37,247 bases of DNA from a virus, in IMG/VR virus record IMGVR_UViG_3300045988_069188, one strand, 5' to 3'. Shown piece after piece: positions 6,859 to 14,636 of this stretch (its first letter is position 1; each line of letters begins with the position of its first letter). The translations under genes and the position numbers were made by a program. The notes under the pieces were generated by a model, which worked only from the letters and a program-made list of their open reading frames with translations, made no database searches and was not told where the DNA came from.

Positions 6859-7850
6859 TGGCAGTTAATAATAGTTTAGTGAAAAAAAACAAGGCACAGC
6901 AGAATTTGGGAATCACAGCATACCTTACACAGGATGCTATAAAAAATCAGATTAATCAGGTAGTTGGTGGTAAGAATGGACAGCGTTTCATTTCTGCAAT
7001 CGTATCAGCATATAACACCAACCCTACACTTCAGGAGTGCACAAATCAGTCGATTCTTTCAGCAGCACTTCTTGGTGAGAGTTTACAGCTTTCACCATCT
7101 CCACAGCTCGGACACTATTACATTGTTCCGTTCAATAACACCAAGGCAGGCACGAAGGAGGCACAGTTCCAGATGGGATACAAGGGATATATCCAGCTTG
7201 CGATCCGATCCGGTCAGTATAAGAGATTGAACGTAGTAGCCATCAAAGAAGGTGAGCTGGAATACTTTGACCCACTCAATGAGGACATCAAAGTCAATCT
7301 CATGGTTGATGACTGGGACAAGCGTGAAGAAGCTGAGACAATCGGCTACTATGCCATGTTTGAGCTGACAAATGGATTCAGAAAAACATTGTATTGGAGC
7401 AAGGCACAGATGCTTGCTCATGCGGACAAGTATTCACAGGCTTTCAGCAAGGATGCTGTAAAGATTAACACAAAGTATGGCGAGAAAGAAAAGGTGTCAT
7501 TTGCTGACTATGAAGCCGGTAATTATGATCCGAGAGATTCATGGATGTATTCATCATTCTGGTACAAGAATTTTGATGGCATGGCTTACAAGACCATGCT
7601 CCGTCAGTTAATTTCCAAGTGGGGTGTTATGAGTATCGATCTTCAGAGCGCATTTGAGCGTGATATGACCACTATGGATGGAGATGGAAATGTGACCTAT
7701 GTGGAAAATGATACAGAGGAATATGTTGATTCCACTGCATCAGAACCGGAAGCAAAACCGGAACCGGAACAGGGCAAGGAAAAAGCACCTGTTATTGAAC
7801 AGTCGCAGACTACACAGCAGAATCCTGCCGCCGCTGCACTGTTTTCATAA
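6858..7850 (+). CDS. recT: RecT-family single-strand annealing protein
   Basis: 330 aa. RFISAIVSAYNTNPTLQECTNQSILSAALLGESLQLSPSPQLGHYYIVPF...QFQMGYKGYIQLAIRSGQY is the classic RecT core. Confidence 0.92.
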   Translation: MAVNNSLVKKNKAQQNLGITAYLTQDAIKNQINQVVGGKNGQRFISAIVSAYNTNPTLQECTNQSILSAALLGESLQLSPSPQLGHYYIVPFNNTKAGTKEAQFQMGYKGYIQLAIRSGQYKRLNVVAIKEGELEYFDPLNEDIKVNLMVDDWDKREEAETIGYYAMFELTNGFRKTLYWSKAQMLAHADKYSQAFSKDAVKINTKYGEKEKVSFADYEAGNYDPRDSWMYSSFWYKNFDGMAYKTMLRQLISKWGVMSIDLQSAFERDMTTMDGDGNVTYVENDTEEYVDSTASEPEAKPEPEQGKEKAPVIEQSQTTQQNPAAAALFS

Positions 7851-7949
7851 ATAATACTTGTTCATGGCAGATACACACATCACACAGTATAAGCCATTGT
7901 ATATAGCCCTGCCGCTGATCCGGTGGCAGGGAGAAAGGAGCATTGATTG

Positions 7950-8360
7950 ATGAATCCACAGTGGATAAAGAGCGCATCGTTGAATAGCAGAAAGTACAGG
8001 AATAAAAAGGTTGAGGTCGATGGGATTCTATTTGATTCCAAGAAAGAAGCAAACCGGTACATGGAGCTTAAGCTGTTAGAAAAGGCAGGAGAGATCACAG
8101 ACCTCAAGAGACAGGTCAGATACGAGCTTATACCGAGGCAGAGAGAACAATCGACTGAGATGTACAAGGCTGGACCTCATAAGGGCGAATATAAGCCCGG
8201 TAAGGTCATAGAACAGAGCTGCTACTATGTTGCTGATTTTGTCTACAAAGAGGGTGAGAATATAGTCGTGGAAGACACCAAGGGCATGAGAACAAAAGAC
8301 TATGTGATCAAGCGGAAATTGATGCTCCACCGTTATGGAATACGAATAAAGGAGGTATAG
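7950..8360 (+). CDS. DUF1064-family protein (restriction-endonuclease-like fold; putative junction resolvase)
   Basis: KYRNKKVEVDGILFDSKKEANRYMELKLLEKAGEITDLKRQVRYEL...VADFVY.....VVEDTKG..T.DY.IKRKLM matches the DUF1064 pattern. AAAGGAG RBS. Confidence 0.75.
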   Translation: MNPQWIKSASLNSRKYRNKKVEVDGILFDSKKEANRYMELKLLEKAGEITDLKRQVRYELIPRQREQSTEMYKAGPHKGEYKPGKVIEQSCYYVADFVYKEGENIVVEDTKGMRTKDYVIKRKLMLHRYGIRIKEV

Positions 8361-8365
8361 AGGGT

Positions 8366-8758
8366 ATGATGACAGACCTTATCGAAGAGAAGAAAAAAGA
8401 GTTGATATCAACACAGGATGTTGTATATGAAGTCCTTGAAAAAGATATAGCAGCAAGAAGTAGTGACAACCGGTTGTACTATCTCGTATGTAAGCAGATT
8501 GGAGAAAAGCATGGATACAATATTGATCATGTTTCTGTGCAAAAGTTCTTCCTGCATCTGTCAGAGTTTGGCTTACCAACAACTGAGACAGTGAGACGCA
8601 CAAGACAGAAGATACAGGCGGCAAATCCGTGGCTTGCCGGTAACCGATGTGTGCGGAAGATGCGGCAGAAGAATGAGCAGGCTTTCAGGGAGTATGCAAG
8701 AAAGGGTGACCAGAATGGCAGATGTGAAGTGGATAAAGATTACAACCGGAATGTTTGA
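8366..8758 (+). CDS. Hypothetical early protein
   Basis: 130 aa with AAGGAGG RBS. The 3' end overlaps the replisome organiser start by 44 nt. Confidence 0.55.
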   Translation: MMTDLIEEKKKELISTQDVVYEVLEKDIAARSSDNRLYYLVCKQIGEKHGYNIDHVSVQKFFLHLSEFGLPTTETVRRTRQKIQAANPWLAGNRCVRKMRQKNEQAFREYARKGDQNGRCEVDKDYNRNV

Positions 8759-9650
8759 TAACAGAAAGATCAAGCATTTGAGAAAACTGCCGGATGGAAA
8801 CAATATTGTTCTTATTTGGATTATGTTACTCACAATGGCAGGAAAATGCAATTCTGATGGAAGAATCTTTCTTACGGAGGACATTCCTTACACAACCAAG
8901 ATGCTTGCTGATGAGCTTGGATTTAAGGAAAACATCGTAAAACAGGCTATTTTATCTCTTGAACAGCTTGGAATGATCATTAGATCTGGTGATTTTATAA
9001 CGGTTGCCGGATGGCAGGAACACCAGAACACTGAGGGCATGGATAAGATAAGAGAAAGTAAGCGAATGGCTCAGTCAAGATGGAGAGATAAACAGAAAGC
9101 AAAAAAATCTACTGTAGATAGCTTTGTAGATTCTACTGTAGATTCTACCGTAGATTCTACGAGATGTCTTGTAGACGATGCAGAAGAAGAAAGAGAAGAA
9201 GATAGAGAAAGAGATAAGAGGGAGATAAAAGAAGTAGAAGAAAAGAAAATCGACTATGATCGCATTGTCCAGATGTACAATGCCCATTGCCCTTCGCTCC
9301 CGGTTGTTAAGTGTTTATCAGATGCTAGAAAAAAGGCAATCAAGGCAAGGCTTAATCATTACACGCTTGATGATTTTGAGGAAATGTTCAAGAAAGCTGA
9401 ATCATCGGACTTCTTGAAGGGCAAGAACAACAGAAACTGGATAGCCACATTTGACTGGCTGTTAAAGGATACCAACATGGCAAAGGTTCTTGATGATAAC
9501 TATGCAAATACAGCACCGACAGCAAAGACAAATTATTCCGGGAACAACCGTGTAGCGGATCAGTTGGATGAATCATACAAGATGATGGCTGAATGGGCGC
9601 AGGAACGAGCAGAAAAGGGAGGCTTCGCAGATGAAGAAAGAGATGGATAA
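8715..9650 (+). CDS. Phage replisome organiser (SPP1 G38P-like N-terminal domain)
   Basis: 311 aa from the ATG at 8715. MADVKWIKITTGMFDNRKIKHLRKLPDGNNIVLIWIMLLTMAGKCN.DGRIFL is the Phage_rep_org_N signature. The central acidic linker holds a DNA repeat array. The C-terminal conserved region reads FDWLLK..NM.KVLDDNY. Confidence 0.88.
   Translation: MADVKWIKITTGMFDNRKIKHLRKLPDGNNIVLIWIMLLTMAGKCNSDGRIFLTEDIPYTTKMLADELGFKENIVKQAILSLEQLGMIIRSGDFITVAGWQEHQNTEGMDKIRESKRMAQSRWRDKQKAKKSTVDSFVDSTVDSTVDSTRCLVDDAEEEREEDRERDKREIKEVEEKKIDYDRIVQMYNAHCPSLPVVKCLSDARKKAIKARLNHYTLDDFEEMFKKAESSDFLKGKNNRNWIATFDWLLKDTNMAKVLDDNYANTAPTAKTNYSGNNRVADQLDESYKMMAEWAQERAEKGGFADEERDG
9108..9175. repeat. Palindromic 12-bp iterons (GTAGATTCTACy); putative origin of replication inside the organiser gene
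   Basis: tctactgtaga at 9108 and 9132; tctaccgtaga at 9144. Tandem units gtagatagcttt/gtagattctact/gtagattctacc/gtagattctacg span 9114-9161, with an extra gtaga at 9171. The array encodes STVDSFVDSTVDSTVDST. Confidence 0.6.
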
Positions 9651-9975
9651 TTCAGCAACAAGAAAAATTAAGTTGATCGCAAGACATTATGGCAAGGGTC
9701 GTCTGGTCAGACAGTGTATTTCATGCTTTGCATTATTGATCAATGTTTTTACCTGGTGGTGGAACAATGAGACGACTAGGAGAGAGGCAAGAAGTGAAAC
9801 GGCAGAAATGAACAATACACTGGCAGAGCAGATCGCATGGGCTCAGATCACAACTGCTGCACTGGCAGAGTTATTCGACATAGCAGATCAGGTCGATGAG
9901 CAGAGAGAGGTAGTTTTGACTGAGCTTATCGAGAAAGCCAAACAGGAGATCATTTATGAGCATGAAACAAAATAA
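9631..9975 (+). CDS. Hypothetical protein
   Basis: 114 aa with AAAGGGAGG RBS 8 nt upstream. Overlaps the organiser stop by 20 nt. Confidence 0.55.
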   Translation: MKKEMDNSATRKIKLIARHYGKGRLVRQCISCFALLINVFTWWWNNETTRREARSETAEMNNTLAEQIAWAQITTAALAELFDIADQVDEQREVVLTELIEKAKQEIIYEHETK

Positions 9976-10198
9976 ACGATGTAACACCTGCAGACACAAC
10001 CAGACCTGTACGCTTTCAGATACAGGCAGAGTATTACATGTCTGTGATCTTGATAATTCGTACATAGATGAGATCCGGCAGATGCATGGCAGGTGTGAAA
10101 AGTGGAGAGGAGTAAAGCGGAATGACGGAACAGGAGTTTGCGAAGTTCGCCATGGGGCTGAAAACTTATTACCCCAGAGAGAATCTACTGCCGAATAG
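9956..10198 (+). CDS. Small Cys-rich hypothetical protein; 3' end overlaps the next gene by 77 nt
   Basis: 80 aa with CAGGAG RBS 7 nt upstream. CNTCRHNQTC...C...GRCEKW is a Cys pattern. Confidence 0.45.
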   Translation: MSMKQNKRCNTCRHNQTCTLSDTGRVLHVCDLDNSYIDEIRQMHGRCEKWRGVKRNDGTGVCEVRHGAENLLPQRESTAE

Positions 10199-10664
10199 AC
10201 CGGCAATGGAACTCTGGTACAGACAGCTTCAGGATCTGCCGTATGAAGTGGCAGAGACAGCACTCAACAAATGGGTATCAACAAACAAATGGTCACCATC
10301 CATAGCTGAGATCCGGCAGATGTGCTGTGAGGTAAGACAGGGAGAGATACCGGCATGGAGTGAGGCATGGGAGACCGTTTTACATGCGATCAGAATGTAT
10401 GGATCATATAGACCGCAGGATGCAATGATGACACTTGATGATCTGACCGCAAGGGCAGTGACACAGATCGGCGGATTTGTGAATATTTGCAGGAGTGAGA
10501 ATATCGACATTGACCGGGCAAATTTCAGAATGGTCTATGAGGAGCTTGCAAAGCGAAAGCAGAAGGATGCGCTGATGCCGGCAAAGCTCAGAAGTGCGAT
10601 ACAGAAGATACAGAGCAACAGCATGATGATGTTGGAAGGGAGAGAAGATAATGAAAAAATTTGA
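10122..10664 (+). CDS. Replicative helicase loader/inhibitor-like protein (SPP1 G39P family)
   Basis: 180 aa with GGAGAGGAG RBS. FAKFAMGLKTYYPRENLLPNRPAMELWYRQLQDLPYEVAETALNKWVSTNKWSPSIAEIR matches the G39P-like N-terminal domain. Confidence 0.7.
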   Translation: MTEQEFAKFAMGLKTYYPRENLLPNRPAMELWYRQLQDLPYEVAETALNKWVSTNKWSPSIAEIRQMCCEVRQGEIPAWSEAWETVLHAIRMYGSYRPQDAMMTLDDLTARAVTQIGGFVNICRSENIDIDRANFRMVYEELAKRKQKDALMPAKLRSAIQKIQSNSMMMLEGREDNEKI

Positions 10665-11148
10665 ATTAACAAGTGAATTTAATCTTAACTTTTTTGGTAG
10701 AAAATTTTTTAGAATTAAGGCTCTCGTTAATATTGAGAGATACGGTGTAAAAGCTGGTGATTTAGGGGGATGGGTAGAAAAAGAGGACAATTTAAGCCAG
10801 AGTGGTAATGCATGGGTATCCGGTAATGCTGAGGTATCCGGTAATGCATGGGTATCCGGTGATGCGGTGGTATCCGGTAATGCTAAGGTATCCGGTGATG
10901 CTAAGGTATCCGGTGATGCTGATTATGCGGTGATCAAGGGCTTTGGAACCGTATATAGACCAACAACATTTTTTAGATGTCATGATGGTGAGGTAAGGGT
11001 TACATGTGGCTGCTTCTATGGAACAATTGACGAATTCCGGGAACAGGTTAAGCGAACCAGAAAAGGTAAGGTTGCAGATGAATATCTGAAAATTGCGGAC
11101 TTGATGGAATATCATTTTAAGAAAGAGGACAGTGGTGAGAATGTATAA
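10651..11148 (+). CDS. Hexapeptide-repeat (beta-helix-like) phage protein with Cys-containing C-terminal domain; function unknown
   Basis: 165 aa with seven consecutive VSG(N/D)Ax hexads (SGNAWVSGNAEVSGNAWVSGDAVVSGNAKVSGDAKVSGDAD), followed by FFRCHDGEVRVTCGCFYGTIDEFREQV. Confidence 0.7.
   Translation: MKKFELTSEFNLNFFGRKFFRIKALVNIERYGVKAGDLGGWVEKEDNLSQSGNAWVSGNAEVSGNAWVSGDAVVSGNAKVSGDAKVSGDADYAVIKGFGTVYRPTTFFRCHDGEVRVTCGCFYGTIDEFREQVKRTRKGKVADEYLKIADLMEYHFKKEDSGENV
10801..10923 (+). repeat. Seven tandem 18-bp coding repeats (gtatccggtaatgcnnnn)
   Basis: Read directly; this is the coding basis of the hexapeptide repeats. Confidence 0.9.
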
Positions 11149-11299
11149 ATGCATTGACTGTCAGGCAGAGTTCGAAGAGCCGGACATGGAAAGAGAGTGC
11201 ATGGGTGAATATCATGGACAGCCGGCATATGAGTACCGGGCTATATGCCCCTTATGCGGATCCTGTGATTTTGAGGAGGTAGTGGATGATGGAGATTGA
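11141..11299 (+). CDS. Small zinc-ribbon protein (52 aa, not in the ORF track)
   Basis: MYKCIDCQAEFEEPD...AICPLCGSCDFEEV has CxxC...CxxC. The ATG overlaps the previous stop, and GTGGTGAG serves as RBS. Confidence 0.5.
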   Translation: MYKCIDCQAEFEEPDMERECMGEYHGQPAYEYRAICPLCGSCDFEEVVDDGD

Positions 11300-11444
11300 C
11301 GAAGCTATAAAGCATGAGAGATGGGAAGCAAAACATGCCGGATTGGAGAAAGATGCAGATGATACAACTATTGAACTGAACAGACAGTATCATACAGAGA
11401 TCGCAGATATGCTTGAGGAGTTGAAAGAACTCCGGAGCAGATAA
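11286..11444 (+). CDS. Small hypothetical protein (52 aa, not in the ORF track)
   Basis: MMEIDEAIKHERWEAKHAGLEK...LEELKELRSR. GAGGAGGTAG RBS just upstream. Overlaps the previous small ORF. Confidence 0.4.
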   Translation: MMEIDEAIKHERWEAKHAGLEKDADDTTIELNRQYHTEIADMLEELKELRSR

Positions 11445-11511
11445 AAATAAATCAAAGAAAGGAGCCGAACCTCCGGCCGGGGTAACGATATATCGGGTTC
11501 CTTTTAAAAAA

Positions 11512-12780
11512 ATGAATGAAGAAAAAGATGATTTGATCCTTCGTGTATTTGGCGAGGATGGAGAACTGGACATTGATAAGCCAGATGAGGGGCTTGCTGA
11601 GTACAAGCAGCGAAAGAAAGAAGCGAGAGATCGCATGATTGCGCTGCAGAGACAACCGTATGAGGTCAAAGTTGCACGATCAAAATTAAGAGCCTATGAG
11701 TTCATAGAGCAGATGGACAAGCGAGATAAAAATGCTCATGTGAGTGTGGGTGGACTTGATAGTATCACACTACACGTATTCCTGAAGTCGATAGGAATCA
11801 ATGTTCCAGCGGTATCGGTATCATCTCTGGAAGATAAGAGCATACAGAGGGTACACAAAGCTCTTGGAGTAACGATTTTGAAGCCGCTTAAGACAAAAGT
11901 AGAAGTGCTCAATGAAGTTGGATTCCCGGTTATCAGTAAGAGAATAGCTGGCAAGATTGCCCTACTTCAGAACCCTACAGAGAACAATAAGACAGTCAGA
12001 CATGCAATAATCACAGGTGAATGCGGAGAGCTTGGACACTTCCAGAAAAACAGTCGCATGAAGCTTCCACAGAAGTGGCTTAATCTGTTTGGCGGATATG
12101 AGAACGAGAATGAAGGGGTTATGTATTACAAACCGAATTTCAAGGTATCAAATGATTGTTGCTATTATTTGAAAGAAAAGCCATGTGACGACTGGGCAAG
12201 AGAACATTCAAGTTATCCGTTTCTTGGCATGATGGCATCCGAAGGTGGTCAGAGAGAAGAAGCTCTCACAGATCATGGGTGCAATTACTATGGCAAGACA
12301 GTAATGAGATCAGCACCATTTGCACCATACCTCAGATATGACATTTTAAGACTTGCGCAGGAGATGGATGCCTGGTATCACGATCACACAGATGTGTTTG
12401 CAAAGCTTTATTATGAGCAGCCATACAGCAAGGACAAGGATGGAAATGTAATACCGTATGAACCGGTTGATACGATCATACCGGCTATATATGGTCAGAT
12501 TGTGAATGATAACGGAGAACTTAGGACAACAGGAGCACAGAGAACCGGATGCAGTATGTGTGGTTTTGGAATCCACATGGAAGAACGACCGCACAGGTTT
12601 GACAGGCTCAGAGAACGGAACCCAAAGGAATGGGAGTTTTACATGTACCGGTGCTGCACGGATCCGAAGACTGGTGAGAAGTTCGGTTGGGGAAGAGTGT
12701 TAGATTACATAGGTGTCGCATGGGAAGATGAACCAGCGGTACAGATGAATATTTATGATTACCCGGAGGTGCAGCCATGA
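11512..12780 (+). CDS. PAPS-reductase-family (PP-loop ATPase, DndC/IbrA/BrxP-like) protein
   Basis: 422 aa. AHVSVGGLDSITLHVFL is a PP-loop SGGxDS-like motif. C-terminal Cys cluster RTGCSMCGFG. The stop overlaps the methyltransferase start (ATGA). No canonical SD precedes the ATG. Confidence 0.7.
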   Translation: MNEEKDDLILRVFGEDGELDIDKPDEGLAEYKQRKKEARDRMIALQRQPYEVKVARSKLRAYEFIEQMDKRDKNAHVSVGGLDSITLHVFLKSIGINVPAVSVSSLEDKSIQRVHKALGVTILKPLKTKVEVLNEVGFPVISKRIAGKIALLQNPTENNKTVRHAIITGECGELGHFQKNSRMKLPQKWLNLFGGYENENEGVMYYKPNFKVSNDCCYYLKEKPCDDWAREHSSYPFLGMMASEGGQREEALTDHGCNYYGKTVMRSAPFAPYLRYDILRLAQEMDAWYHDHTDVFAKLYYEQPYSKDKDGNVIPYEPVDTIIPAIYGQIVNDNGELRTTGAQRTGCSMCGFGIHMEERPHRFDRLRERNPKEWEFYMYRCCTDPKTGEKFGWGRVLDYIGVAWEDEPAVQMNIYDYPEVQP

Positions 12781-14375
12781 TAAACGGAGAACTTATCGTT
12801 GATAACTTCGCCGGTGGTGGTGGAGCATCAACAGGAATTGAGATGGCTACAGGGTACAGTGTTGATATAGCAATCAATCATGATCCGGAAGCCATAAGGA
12901 TGCATAAGGTCAATCATCCAAACACAAAGCACTACTGTGAAAATGTGTGGGCGGTTGATCCAGTGAAAGCATGTGAGGGGCATCCGGTAGCTCTTGCCTG
13001 GTTCTCCCCAGACTGTAAGCATTTCAGCAAGGCCAAAGGTGGCAAGCCAAAAGATAAGAACATCAGAGGGCTGGCATGGGTAGCATGCAGATGGGCGGCA
13101 CTTGTGAGACCGAGAGTGATTATGCTTGAAAATGTGGAAGAATTCAAAACATGGGGGCCACTCAACAGAGGACATCATCCAATAAGGGCAAAGAAAGGTG
13201 ATACATTCAGACAGTTTGTAAAGCAACTTAATGATCTGGGATATGAAGTACAGTTCAGAGAACTTGTGGCGGCAGACTACGGAGCACCGACCAAGAGAAA
13301 AAGGTTCTTCATGATCGCAAGATGTGATGGAGTACCTATCATGTGGCCAAAGCCTACACATGCACCGACAGACAGCGAAGAGGTCAAGATGGGACTGCTC
13401 AAGCCTTATGTTGGAGCATATACACAGCTTGATTTCAGCCTGCCATGTCCGAGTATCTTTGATACATCAGAGCAGATCAAAGAGAAGTATGGTATCCGGG
13501 CGGTGAGGCCACTTGCACCAAAGACTATGCAGAGGATTGCAAGAGGCCTTAAGAAGTTTGTTCTGGATAATCCAGAGCCGTTCATCATTCAGTGCAATCA
13601 CGGCGGTGAGAGAAAGCCACAGGACATAAGGGATCCAATGCCGACAATCACAGGAAAGCACGGATATGGAGTTGTAGAACCGAGGCTTGCACCTTATATG
13701 GGAACAAATACAACCAATCATCCCGGTGGAAATTGCAGAGAACCGATACATACGATTACCACAGGGAATCAGCAATGTCTCATAAGCCCTACACTTATCC
13801 AATACCATTCGGAGACCAATTCAGATGAGGTAAGAGGTCAAGGTATAGAGGATCCGATCATGACAGTAGACAGTTCAAACAGATATGGCCTTGTGACTTC
13901 ATTCCTTAGCAAGTTTTACAAGACAGGGATAGGGCAGGATGAGAGAGAACCACTCCATACAGTGACAACATCAGCCGGACATTTTGGAGAGGTCAGAGCA
14001 TTCTTGATTAAATACTACGGAGAGGGTACAGGTCAGGATATAGAACAGCCGCTTGATACAGTGACATCAAGAGATCGGTTCGGGCTTGTAACAATCCAAG
14101 GTGTTGAGTATCAGATCGTGGATATTGGTCTCAGAATGCTTGAGCCAAAGGAGCTATATGGATGCCAGGGGTTCCCAGATGATTACATCATAGATCATGA
14201 CAACACAGGTAAGACATATTCAAGAAGTGAACAGGTTAAGAGATGTGGAAATGCAGTCTGTCCACCTATACCGGCGGCGATGGTGAGGTCGAATCTTCCA
14301 GAGCTTTGCTTGAGAAAAAGAATGCCAAATATACGGATAGGAGAGGATGACAATGGGCAACTGTGTTTTGTATAG
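12777..14375 (+). CDS. DNA (cytosine-5)-methyltransferase, phage type, with an enlarged repeat-containing variable region
   Basis: 532 aa. Motif I DNFAGGGGAS, motif IV SPDCKHFS, motif VI ENVEEF, motif VIII ADYGAPTKRKRFF, motif IX RMLEPKELYGCQGFP, motif X GNAVCPP. Five PxxT(I/V)T-type repeats lie between motifs VIII and IX. Confidence 0.93.
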   Translation: MINGELIVDNFAGGGGASTGIEMATGYSVDIAINHDPEAIRMHKVNHPNTKHYCENVWAVDPVKACEGHPVALAWFSPDCKHFSKAKGGKPKDKNIRGLAWVACRWAALVRPRVIMLENVEEFKTWGPLNRGHHPIRAKKGDTFRQFVKQLNDLGYEVQFRELVAADYGAPTKRKRFFMIARCDGVPIMWPKPTHAPTDSEEVKMGLLKPYVGAYTQLDFSLPCPSIFDTSEQIKEKYGIRAVRPLAPKTMQRIARGLKKFVLDNPEPFIIQCNHGGERKPQDIRDPMPTITGKHGYGVVEPRLAPYMGTNTTNHPGGNCREPIHTITTGNQQCLISPTLIQYHSETNSDEVRGQGIEDPIMTVDSSNRYGLVTSFLSKFYKTGIGQDEREPLHTVTTSAGHFGEVRAFLIKYYGEGTGQDIEQPLDTVTSRDRFGLVTIQGVEYQIVDIGLRMLEPKELYGCQGFPDDYIIDHDNTGKTYSRSEQVKRCGNAVCPPIPAAMVRSNLPELCLRKRMPNIRIGEDDNGQLCFV

Positions 14376-14396
14376 AATAGATAAAGGAGAAACAAC

Positions 14397-14636
14397 ATGA
14401 CAAATTTTGAGATAGAAATCACATACAACATGATCTGCCGACCGGGGCAGGTCGTGCGGATCCATACAAAAGAAACCACCAGTGGGCGGAATTTTATCAT
14501 GACATGGAAGAAATGGACCATTGTGGAGGTTCACGATCATCACATAGTGATGAAGAGCGAATACGGCTACCGGGAGAGCTTCACCAGAATAGATATTGTT
14601 GAGATGATCAGGAGAGGAGAGATTCGATGGAAATAG
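14397..14636 (+). CDS. Hypothetical protein
   Basis: 79 aa with AAAGGAGAAAC RBS. Confidence 0.55.
   Translation: MTNFEIEITYNMICRPGQVVRIHTKETTSGRNFIMTWKKWTIVEVHDHHIVMKSEYGYRESFTRIDIVEMIRRGEIRWK

Noticed and set aside
7907-7931. GC-rich hairpin after recT as a possible terminator
   Set aside because: No U-tract follows, and it runs straight into the RBS of the next gene. It is more likely incidental mRNA structure.
8366-8758. Possible frameshifted fusion between ORF 8366-8758 and the replisome organiser
   Set aside because: The organiser has its own ATG at 8715, exactly at the start of the conserved N-terminal domain. The upstream ORF looks complete, so a simple 44-nt overlap is the more economical reading.
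10801-10923. Regular short repeats that could be mistaken for a CRISPR array (also 9108-9175)
   Set aside because: The 18-bp and 12-bp units are contiguous with no spacers, and lie in frame inside well-supported ORFs. They are coding repeats or iterons, and no cas genes are present.
11445-11511. Imperfect stem (aaaggagccgaacc...gggttcctttt) upstream of the PAPS-reductase-like gene as a terminator or riboswitch
   Set aside because: The stem is bulged, the U-tract is only 4 nt, and no known riboswitch consensus is recognisable. I kept it only as a note under the DNA-modification finding.
12828-13361. 177-aa minus-strand ORF; similar ones at 13467-13808, 14220-14750, 14567-14935 and 14758-15081
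   Set aside because: All are antisense to strongly supported plus-strand genes (the methyltransferase and small early genes). They have no RBS and odd composition.
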